From: Campylobacterales bacterium
Lineage (GTDB): Bacteria; Campylobacterota; Campylobacteria; Campylobacterales; UBA6016
Assembly: GCA_041915365.1 (NCBI GenBank)
Contig: JAYSBP010000003.1
Location: 21,048 to 85,047 of the forward strand
Reading direction: 5' to 3'
DNA length: 64,000 nt
The notes under the pieces were generated by a model. It made no database searches, was not told the DNA's origin, and saw only the letters and a program-made list of their open reading frames with translations. Shown in pieces: positions 56,852-64,000 of the stretch. Numbering within the stretch: the first letter of the stretch is position 1; the number at the start of each line of letters is the position of its first letter. The position numbers and the translations under genes were made by a program.

Positions 56852-57763
56852 ATGATAAACGAACTAAAACAATTTGCCTCCGCCAGAGTAGAGGCGAGAG
56901 CATATCTGACATATCTTCTCACAAGAAATATCCCAAACCATATGCCGGATATTACGCTTGATACGGTACTTGCGGCCTTTAAAAAAATAAAAAAAGAGAA
57001 TGACTCAATATCGATACTGTATGTTCTAGATTCAAAAGGCGTACAACTCATAGACAACATCTCCAATAAGCCAGAGTACAGAAAAGGCAACGGGGAAAAT
57101 AGAGCCAATAGAGCCTATTACTACAGGGCGGTGCGAGAGAAAAAGCCTATTTTGACCGACCCATACCCTAGCGTCACGACAGGAGTGCTGTGCGTGAGTG
57201 CCGCGATGCCTATTTACGACAACCAAAACCACCTCAAATTTGTAGCGGTTATCGATATTCCACTAACGGAACTCGTCAAAATACTACACCCGACTATTTG
57301 GAGCACTATTTTTACAAATACAAGCAAAGTCACATACGGCGTGTTTAGCGTTGCTCTATTTTTGATTGCCGTGATGTTGTTTGCAAAAGGTGTTTTTGGG
57401 TTATTCGCCGAAGGACTGCATCCAAACGACGTACAGATACAAGGGATTTTTGAGACCACGATTCTCTTCACGCTCTCGCTGGCCATTTTCGACCTCGTCA
57501 AAGCGATATTTGAAGAGGAGGTACTAGGACGCAACAAGCACGAAAACGCAAATGAAACACATCAGACAATGACAAAATTCATAGGCTCCATCATCATTGC
57601 GGTTGCGATAGAAGCTCTTATGCTCGTGTTCAAATTTGCACTAACAGACCCTAGTAAAATGACCTATGCGCTTGTTCTTCTGGGCGGTGTGGCAGGCCTA
57701 CTCGTATCGCTGGCATACTATATCAAGTCAACAAGAAAGCAAGAGAGAGAAACTCGTGAGTAA
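56852..57763 (+). CDS. Hypothetical membrane protein with N-terminal Cache/PDC-like domain
   Basis: Strong RBS (AAAGGAGG). N-terminal ~150 aa look like a Cache fold (ILYVLDSKGVQLID...ANRAYYYRAV...PILTDPYPSVTTGVLCVSAAMPIYD). About 4 TM helices follow. Confidence 0.5.
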   Translation: MINELKQFASARVEARAYLTYLLTRNIPNHMPDITLDTVLAAFKKIKKENDSISILYVLDSKGVQLIDNISNKPEYRKGNGENRANRAYYYRAVREKKPILTDPYPSVTTGVLCVSAAMPIYDNQNHLKFVAVIDIPLTELVKILHPTIWSTIFTNTSKVTYGVFSVALFLIAVMLFAKGVFGLFAEGLHPNDVQIQGIFETTILFTLSLAIFDLVKAIFEEEVLGRNKHENANETHQTMTKFIGSIIIAVAIEALMLVFKFALTDPSKMTYALVLLGGVAGLLVSLAYYIKSTRKQERETRE

Positions 57764-58373
57764 AATCGCAATCGTAAATTACCAAATGGGCAACCTAGCA
57801 AGCGTCAAAAACTCCTGCCAAAAAGTAGGCTTTGATGCCGACGTAATCGGTGAATGTGAAAAACTAAAAGAGTACGACAAAATAATCCTCCCAGGCGTAG
57901 GGGCTTTCCCAGACGCTATGAAACACTTAAAAGAAACTGGCATGGAGGAAGCTATCAAGGAGGCCGCAAAAACAAAACAGATTTTCGGGGTTTGCCTTGG
58001 GATGCAACTGCTTTTTGAGAGAGGATTTGAGCATGAAGAGACTGCTGGACTTGGACTGCTAGACGGCGAGATTGTCAGATTTGACCCGCAAGTACTCGGC
58101 AATGAGAGAAAAATCCCTCACATGGGATGGAATAAGCTATTCAAGCAAAAAGACTCCGCCTTACTAGATGGGATAGATGACGAGTTTTATCTATATTTTG
58201 TCCACTCGTACCATGCCAAAGCATCAAACGACGAGGTGCTTTGCCTTTCTCATTATGGCAAGCAGTTTGTTAGTATGGTGGAAAGAGACAATATATGCGG
58301 TATACAGCCGCACCCTGAAAAATCAGGCGAGACAGGACTTAAAATACTAAAAAACTTTTTGGAGAAAAAATGA
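57756..58373 (+). CDS. hisH: Imidazole glycerol phosphate synthase, glutamine amidotransferase subunit
   Basis: [14 protein letters not shown], catalytic [14 protein letters not shown]. An in-frame GTG at 57756 is the likely start. The ORF-track start lies inside the upstream gene. Confidence 0.9.
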   Translation: MSKIAIVNYQMGNLASVKNSCQKVGFDADVIGECEKLKEYDKIILPGVGAFPDAMKHLKETGMEEAIKEAAKTKQIFGVCLGMQLLFERGFEHEETAGLGLLDGEIVRFDPQVLGNERKIPHMGWNKLFKQKDSALLDGIDDEFYLYFVHSYHAKASNDEVLCLSHYGKQFVSMVERDNICGIQPHPEKSGETGLKILKNFLEKK

Positions 58374-59077
58374 CTATTTATCCCGCAATAGACCTAAAAG
58401 ACGGCAAAGCGGTCAGGCTTACAAAAGGTATTATGGAGAGTGCAAAGGTATACTCCGATGAGCCGTATCATCTAGCAAGAGCCTTTGAAGAGATGGGTTC
58501 TGACTGGGTGCATATAGTAGACCTCAACGGTGCGTTTGCAGGAAACCCGATGAATCTTGACGCTATCCAAAAAATCAGAGAAGCGACAAGCCTCAAGCTC
58601 CAGCTTGGCGGCGGTATCAGAGATGAAGATACGATAAAAAAATACATCGACCTTGGTATTGAGCGTGTCATCTTGGGGACGATAGCGACGCAAAATCCTG
58701 AATTCGTGAAAAGTGCGGCGGCAAAATACAACGTAGTAGTCGGCATAGATGCACACGATGGATATGTAGCAGTAGATGGCTGGGCAAAGACTAGCTCTTT
58801 AAAAGCTACCGAACTTGCCAGAATGTTTGCTGATAGCGGTGTAAAAGCCGTCATTACGACTGACATATCAAGAGACGGAACGCTTGGCGGCGTAAACATA
58901 GGTTTTACCGAAGAGGTCGCAAAAGCTGGTGGTATCGAAACGATAGCAAGCGGCGGAGTGAAAGATATAGAAGACATCAAAGCCGTAAAAAATAGTCAGT
59001 TTATCGGTGGCGTAATAGTCGGCAAAGCTTACTACGAGGGCAAACTTGATTTGAGAGAGGCGTTAAAGCTGCAATGA
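58370..59077 (+). CDS. hisA: ProFAR isomerase (1-(5-phosphoribosyl)-5-[(5-phosphoribosylamino)methylideneamino]imidazole-4-carboxamide isomerase)
   Basis: [15 protein letters not shown] and GGGIRD. (beta/alpha)8 HisA pattern. Confidence 0.93.
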   Translation: MTIYPAIDLKDGKAVRLTKGIMESAKVYSDEPYHLARAFEEMGSDWVHIVDLNGAFAGNPMNLDAIQKIREATSLKLQLGGGIRDEDTIKKYIDLGIERVILGTIATQNPEFVKSAAAKYNVVVGIDAHDGYVAVDGWAKTSSLKATELARMFADSGVKAVITTDISRDGTLGGVNIGFTEEVAKAGGIETIASGGVKDIEDIKAVKNSQFIGGVIVGKAYYEGKLDLREALKLQ

Positions 59078-59898
59078 AAGAGTTTTACTATGAACTGACC
59101 GTCGAGGCTAGCGACTTTGCCGAGCTAATCGAGAACTTCCTTGGAGATTGGTGTGACGCCGTAATAGAAGAAAACGGAAAACTAATCACGACTTACGAGT
59201 ACGAGCCCGTTAACGTCAAAGATGCCCTCATCATATACAAAGGCGAGCTAGAGGAGATGTTTGGGACAAAAATAATCCTAACTGCCGAAATAGTGCAAAA
59301 GAAAAACGAAGACTGGATAGAGTCGTACAAAAAGAGCGTAGAGCCGATACAAATCGGAAACTACTACGTCTACGCCCCTTGGCATGAGCCAAAAGCCGAT
59401 GTAAAAAACTTTTGCATCGAGCCGTCGCTTGCTTTTGGCACGGGACATCACCCAACAACCAAAAATGCAATGTTATTCGTCCAAAAATACGTTAAAAATG
59501 GGGATAAACTCCTTGATGTCGGATGCGGAAGCGGAATACTTGCCCTAACAGCTGCGGACATAGGTGCAAAAGTAGATTTATGCGACACGGATACAGAGGC
59601 GGTTGAGGTTGCCAAAAAGGTATTTCAAGAGAACAATTTGGGCTATGAGAATATCTGGGTGGGTAGTGCCGATGAAGCAAAAATTGAGTATGATATAACA
59701 GTCGCCAACATAATAACCGACGTGCTTGTAATGATAAGCAAAGACTTAAAAACAAAAATGAAAAAAGGCTCAAAACTCATCTTATCCGGAATATTGGAAG
59801 AAAATGAGGAAAAATTGAAGCCGTTTTATAAAGAACTAACTATTTTAGACAGAGTTTGCGAAGCCGAATGGGTGACGCTTGTGTACGAAAAACAATAA
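59074..59898 (+). CDS. prmA: Ribosomal protein L11 methyltransferase
   Basis: FGTGHHPTT and the SAM motif [11 protein letters not shown]. Confidence 0.85.
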   Translation: MKEFYYELTVEASDFAELIENFLGDWCDAVIEENGKLITTYEYEPVNVKDALIIYKGELEEMFGTKIILTAEIVQKKNEDWIESYKKSVEPIQIGNYYVYAPWHEPKADVKNFCIEPSLAFGTGHHPTTKNAMLFVQKYVKNGDKLLDVGCGSGILALTAADIGAKVDLCDTDTEAVEVAKKVFQENNLGYENIWVGSADEAKIEYDITVANIITDVLVMISKDLKTKMKKGSKLILSGILEENEEKLKPFYKELTILDRVCEAEWVTLVYEKQ

Positions 59899-59913
59899 GG
59901 AATCGATAGATAT

Positions 59914-61860
59914 ATGGAAAACAATCAACAAAAAGATCCTAAAAAAAACGATAATTTTTTTAACAAAAATCCACTCCTAGTATTCGCAATATTTTCTATA
60001 TTAACGGTACTAATATTCAGAAGTATATTCGAAGACGGTTCTTTCGATGCAGCAAGTGGAGGGAGTGGTTCTCAAACACAAAATATAAGCTACTATGAAC
60101 TAAAAAAACTTGTGGAAGCTGGACAAATCTCATTTGTCTCTATCGGCGAGAGCAATATCAAAGCAACGGCTAAAAGCGAAGCAAAAACCGTATATGTAGC
60201 AAAAAGAGTAATTCCCGACGATACACTAATCCCAATGCTCGAAAAACAAAACGTAAAATACGGCGCATACACGGAGAAGAACTGGCTAACAGACTTAGTA
60301 TTTGGCTGGGTGCTACCTGTGTTTATATTTTTTGGAATTTGGATGTTCCTTACTAGCAGAATGCAAAAAAATATGGGTGGTGGCATACTGGGTATCGGAA
60401 GCATGAAAAAGCTAATGAACTCGGAAAAACCGAAAGTAAAATTTGCCGATGTAGCCGGAAATGACGAGGCCAAAGAGGAAGTACAAGAACTCATAGAATT
60501 TCTAAGAAGTCCGGATAGATACATAAAACTAGGGGCAAAAATCCCAAAAGGCGTTCTTCTCGTCGGGCCTCCCGGAACCGGTAAGACACTCCTTGCAAAA
60601 GCGGTTGCGGGAGAGGCTGAAGTACCGTTCTTTTCGGTGTCAGGCTCTAGCTTTATCGAAATGTTCGTTGGCGTTGGCGCAAGTCGTGTTAGAGATTTGT
60701 TCGACCAAGCAAAAAAAGAGGCTCCATCTATCATATTTATAGACGAACTCGACGCAATAGGCAAAAGTAGAGCAATGGGGCACATCGGCGGCAACGATGA
60801 AAGAGAACAGACGCTCAATCAAATGCTTGCCGAAATGGACGGCTTTGGAGCGGAGTCTCCGGTAATAGTCCTTGCGGCAACAAATAGACCGGAAATTCTG
60901 GACCCGGCACTTCTTAGACCAGGGAGATTTGATAGACAAGTTCTAGTTGACAAGCCGGACTTCAAAGGAAGGGTAGAAATACTAAAAGTACACGCTAAAA
61001 ACGTAAAACTTTCAGACGATACAGACCTTGAAGAGCTAGCAAAACTAACAGCTGGGCTTGCCGGAGCCGACCTAGCAAACATTATCAACGAGGCGGCACT
61101 TCTTGCCGGTCGTGAAAGCAAAGAATCCGTAAGTCAACAAAACCTCAAAGAGGCGGTTGAAAGAGCGATAGCCGGACTAGAGAAAAAATCGAGACGCATT
61201 AGCCCGAAAGAAAAAAGGATAGTCGCATATCACGAAAGTGGCCACGCCGTAATCAGCCAAATAACAAAAGGCTCTAAAAAAGTTAACAAGGTATCGATAA
61301 TCCCTAGGGGTCTAGCGGCGTTAGGGTACACGCTTAATACACCTGAAGAAAATAAATACCTAGTCCAAAAACACGAGCTAATAGCCGAAGTTGACGTACT
61401 TCTTGGTGGACGTGCGGCAGAGGAGATATTTATTGGAGAGATTTCGACTGGTGCGGCAAACGACCTTGAGAGAGCTACGGACATCATCAAGTCGATGATA
61501 ATGTACTACGGAATGAGCGAAGTTGCGGGACTGATGGTGCTAGAAAAACAGCGAAACAGCTTCCTTGGCGGCGGCATGGGCCAGACAAAAGACTATAGCG
61601 AAAAAATGAGTGAAGAGCTTGATAGCTATATAAAAGCGAAGCTGACCGAGAGATATGCGGTGGTAAAAGAGAAACTAGAAACCTACAGAGATGTGATGGA
61701 GTCGATGACGGCCGAGCTTCTTGAGATAGAGGTGCTAGAAAAAGATAGGGTCGAAGAGATAATAAGCGGTTTTGAAAAAGAAAAAGGGATTGTAAGAGAG
61801 TCCGATGAAGATGAACTTCACGCACAAAACAAAGAGCAAGCCCAAAACTCTAAGGAGTAA
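59914..61860 (+). CDS. ftsH: ATP-dependent zinc metalloprotease FtsH
   Basis: Walker [17 protein letters not shown] region, zinc site HESGHA. Confidence 0.97.
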   Translation: MENNQQKDPKKNDNFFNKNPLLVFAIFSILTVLIFRSIFEDGSFDAASGGSGSQTQNISYYELKKLVEAGQISFVSIGESNIKATAKSEAKTVYVAKRVIPDDTLIPMLEKQNVKYGAYTEKNWLTDLVFGWVLPVFIFFGIWMFLTSRMQKNMGGGILGIGSMKKLMNSEKPKVKFADVAGNDEAKEEVQELIEFLRSPDRYIKLGAKIPKGVLLVGPPGTGKTLLAKAVAGEAEVPFFSVSGSSFIEMFVGVGASRVRDLFDQAKKEAPSIIFIDELDAIGKSRAMGHIGGNDEREQTLNQMLAEMDGFGAESPVIVLAATNRPEILDPALLRPGRFDRQVLVDKPDFKGRVEILKVHAKNVKLSDDTDLEELAKLTAGLAGADLANIINEAALLAGRESKESVSQQNLKEAVERAIAGLEKKSRRISPKEKRIVAYHESGHAVISQITKGSKKVNKVSIIPRGLAALGYTLNTPEENKYLVQKHELIAEVDVLLGGRAAEEIFIGEISTGAANDLERATDIIKSMIMYYGMSEVAGLMVLEKQRNSFLGGGMGQTKDYSEKMSEELDSYIKAKLTERYAVVKEKLETYRDVMESMTAELLEIEVLEKDRVEEIISGFEKEKGIVRESDEDELHAQNKEQAQNSKE

Positions 61861-61863
61861 ACC

Positions 61864-62526
61864 ATGAACAAAGTCGTCACAACAACAGAGATAGTAGCCA
61901 AAGAGGGTTATAAATACTTAATAGGTGCGGCGATAGTGCTTGCCCTTGCCGTCTATTGGAACTTTAGCGGGCTTTCCATGTTGGCGCTTGGGGCGATGGC
62001 TGCGGCGATAGTATATTTTTTTAGAAATCCTGAGAGGATAAGCGAAGATGACAGCTCTTACGCCGTTATAGCTCCTGCGGACGGGGTGATAACATCAATT
62101 GACAGAGAGTATGAGGAAACTTTTTTGAAAGATGAATGTGTCAGCGTCACAATCTCAACATCTCTCAAAGATACGCACTTCATAAGAGCCCCCTTCACAT
62201 CATCATTCAAACAAAAAAGCCTTTTGCACGGTCTATTCTTGCAGATAGAAAACGAAAAAGCAAGAACGCTAAATGAGCGATTTGCCGCTTACTTTGAGGG
62301 GCAAAACGGAAAAAATTATGTTTTGTCAGTGATAGCGGGAAGCCTTGCGACAAAAATCTCTTTGTATAAAAATGAAGATTCACTCATCAGGGGCGGTGAG
62401 AGGATAGCGTTTTTGAAATCAGAGTTTCAAACAGTTATCTACCTACCAAAAGATGTTGTTATCAAAAAAGCGATAGGCGATAGAGTCAAAGCCGGAGAGA
62501 GCCTACTTGGAAGCTTTGCGAGCTAG
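61864..62526 (+). CDS. psd: Phosphatidylserine decarboxylase-related protein (short form)
   Basis: 220 aa with an N-terminal TM pair. Sits between ftsH and pssA as in Campylobacter. The canonical GS(T/S) cleavage motif is not obvious (LKSEF), so this is a family-level call. Confidence 0.55.
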   Translation: MNKVVTTTEIVAKEGYKYLIGAAIVLALAVYWNFSGLSMLALGAMAAAIVYFFRNPERISEDDSSYAVIAPADGVITSIDREYEETFLKDECVSVTISTSLKDTHFIRAPFTSSFKQKSLLHGLFLQIENEKARTLNERFAAYFEGQNGKNYVLSVIAGSLATKISLYKNEDSLIRGGERIAFLKSEFQTVIYLPKDVVIKKAIGDRVKAGESLLGSFAS

Positions 62527-62529
62527 AAG

Positions 62530-63270
62530 ATGATAATAAAAAACAGCGAAGAAAGAAACAAACTAATATTTCTACTCCCAAATCTAATGACCGCCGTGTC
62601 ATTGTTTCTTGGGATACTAAGCGTACTGGCCTCTGTAAAAGGTGATTTTGACAAAGCCGGAATATATATATTTTTGTCACTCATATTTGATGGGCTTGAC
62701 GGCAGAATAGCTAGACTCACGGGAACCTGCTCAAAATTCGGCGTTGAGTTTGACTCACTGGCCGACTTGGTTGCATTTGGAGTAGCTCCCGCAATGCTCG
62801 TTTATTTTGCCCTTGGGCATGATTTTGGAAGAATAGGCGTTTTGGCGGCTGGTTTTTTTGTCGTTTTCGGGGCTATTAGGCTGGCTAGATTTAACGTTCA
62901 ATCGGAATCGATAGAGCCAAATATGTTTATAGGGCTTCCGATACCATCAGCAGCCGTATTTATCACATGCTGGACGGTAGTGCTAAGCCAGTACGGCGTG
63001 CTCGGCGAGTATAAAGCGCTTTTGATAGCGATGTCTTTTGGGGCAGCACTTTTGATGGTTAGCAATATCAGATACGCAAGCTTCAAAAAAATCAAGTTCT
63101 CAAAGCAAGCACTAATGAAGATATTTGTACTCGTATTAGTCTTATTTGCCGTAATGTTTTTGTATTTTCTTGAGACTTTGACGGCGCTGATTACCGTTTT
63201 TGTTTTGAGCGGAATACTAAGGGCGATATACAATCTGACAATTTATAAACTAAAAAATAGACATTCTTAG
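62530..63270 (+). CDS. pssA: CDP-diacylglycerol--serine O-phosphatidyltransferase
   Basis: CDP-alcohol phosphatidyltransferase motif DGLDGRIARLTGTCSKFGVEFDSLADLV. Confidence 0.9.
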   Translation: MIIKNSEERNKLIFLLPNLMTAVSLFLGILSVLASVKGDFDKAGIYIFLSLIFDGLDGRIARLTGTCSKFGVEFDSLADLVAFGVAPAMLVYFALGHDFGRIGVLAAGFFVVFGAIRLARFNVQSESIEPNMFIGLPIPSAAVFITCWTVVLSQYGVLGEYKALLIAMSFGAALLMVSNIRYASFKKIKFSKQALMKIFVLVLVLFAVMFLYFLETLTALITVFVLSGILRAIYNLTIYKLKNRHS

Positions 63271-63279
63271 GAAATAGTA

Positions 63280-64000
63280 ATGCAAAGAATAAAAATATTT
63301 GACACGACGCTAAGAGACGGGGAGCAAAGCCCTGGTGCGTCTATGAATACAGATGAGAAAATCAAGATAGCAATGCAGCTTCAAAAGCTTGGTGTAGACG
63401 TCATAGAGGCTGGATTTGCAAAGGCAAGTCCCGGGGACTTTGAAGCAATCGAGAGAATTGCATCGGTCATAGACAAAAGCACGATATGCTCTCTCGCTCG
63501 AGCCGTAGATGCCGACATCAAAGACGCAGGCGAAGCAATCAAAGCGGCAAAAAATAGAAGAATACACACTTTTATCGCTACAAGCCCAATACACATGGAA
63601 TACAAACTCAAAATGGCGCCTGACGAGGTTGTAAAAAGAGCAGTTTATGCCGTTGGCTACGCAAAAAGCTTTGTGGATGACGTGGAGTTTAGCTGCGAAG
63701 ATGCGACGAGAAGTGAAATATCTTTTCTAAAAGAGATAGTAGCTGCCGTAGTGGAAGCCGGAGCAAAAACTATCAACCTACCCGATACGGTCGGATACAC
63801 AACGCCAAACGAATATTTCAACCTCGTAAGCGAAATCAAAAAAATTACGGACGGCAAAGCGACAATATCCGTACATTGCCACAACGACCTAGGTCTCGCC
63901 GTGGCAAACTCTCTTGCGGCGATACAAGCAGGGGCGGCTCAGGTGGAATGCACGATAAACGGTCTTGGAGAGAGAGCCGGAAACGCAGCGCTTGAAGAGA
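63280..64000 (+). CDS. leuA: 2-isopropylmalate synthase (5' part, runs off the window)
   Basis: The ATG at 63280 gives [22 protein letters not shown]... and [13 protein letters not shown]. Not in the ORF track because no stop occurs within the window. Confidence 0.9.
   Translation, partial: MQRIKIFDTTLRDGEQSPGASMNTDEKIKIAMQLQKLGVDVIEAGFAKASPGDFEAIERIASVIDKSTICSLARAVDADIKDAGEAIKAAKNRRIHTFIATSPIHMEYKLKMAPDEVVKRAVYAVGYAKSFVDDVEFSCEDATRSEISFLKEIVAAVVEAGAKTINLPDTVGYTTPNEYFNLVSEIKKITDGKATISVHCHNDLGLAVANSLAAIQAGAAQVECTINGLGERAGNAALEE

Noticed and set aside
60093-60818. 241-aa minus-strand ORF antisense to ftsH, together with similar antisense ORFs at 58468-58980 in hisA and 37912-38445 in a GT9-like gene
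   Set aside because: The sense-strand genes carry unambiguous catalytic motifs. The antisense products have no recognisable features.
1-64000. Scan for CRISPR arrays, tRNA/rRNA genes, IS elements, integrases, and prophage or toxin-antitoxin cassettes
   Set aside because: Coding density is near 100 percent with assigned genes. Intergenic gaps are 250 nt or less and show no repeat-spacer periodicity or cloverleaf-like segments. No ORF has transposase or integrase motifs. The scan was by eye only, so small ncRNAs cannot be excluded.

Overview
The window is a near-gapless chromosomal segment from a Campylobacter-like epsilonproteobacterium (Campylobacterota). That assignment is an inference from gene order: waaC-lpxL ... 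waaF/gmhA-hldE-hldD-gmhB, ccoI-ccoS and hisHA-prmA-ftsH-psd-pssA resemble the C. jejuni LOS neighbourhood as I recall it. Almost all of it makes cell-surface glycan.

Block 1 (67-22984, all minus strand, 23 consecutive genes, many with 1-17 nt stop/start overlaps) is a Wzx/Wzy-type O-antigen-like cluster. It contains rmlACDB (dTDP-rhamnose), a CDP-sugar module, glycosyltransferases of families 2, 4 and 9, an acetyltransferase, an SDR with a Cys4 insert, Wzy-, Wzz- and WbaP-like genes and two flippase-like genes. The CDP-sugar module comprises ddhA/ddhB, an AspC-like aminotransferase, an acetolactate-synthase-like ThDP enzyme, an SDR and an E1-type 3-dehydrase.

Block 2 (23097-27823) holds ccoI-ccoS (a cbb3 oxidase copper ATPase and its assembly protein) and a REC-PAS-degenerate-GGDEF / HD-GYP pair.

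Block 3 (27926-56059) is the ADP-heptose operon with an embedded cytochrome c, followed by a very large LOS/LPS core locus bounded by waaF and lpxL-waaC. It carries a WaaL-like ligase, two nucleotide-sugar dehydrogenases, many GT9/GT4/GT2 genes, two NodB-type deacetylases, a radical-SAM gene with no canonical start codon, a chemoreceptor, and an uncharacterised pentapeptide-repeat membrane protein pair.

Block 4 (56107-64000) is housekeeping: pgeF, a Cache-like membrane protein, hisH, hisA, prmA, ftsH, psd-like, pssA and the 5' part of leuA.

I saw no tRNA, rRNA, CRISPR array, transposase or integrase. All functional calls rest on motifs read from the translated ORFs; no database search was possible. 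The ORF track evidently translates TTG and GTG starts as M and takes the longest ORF, so I re-evaluated several starts.
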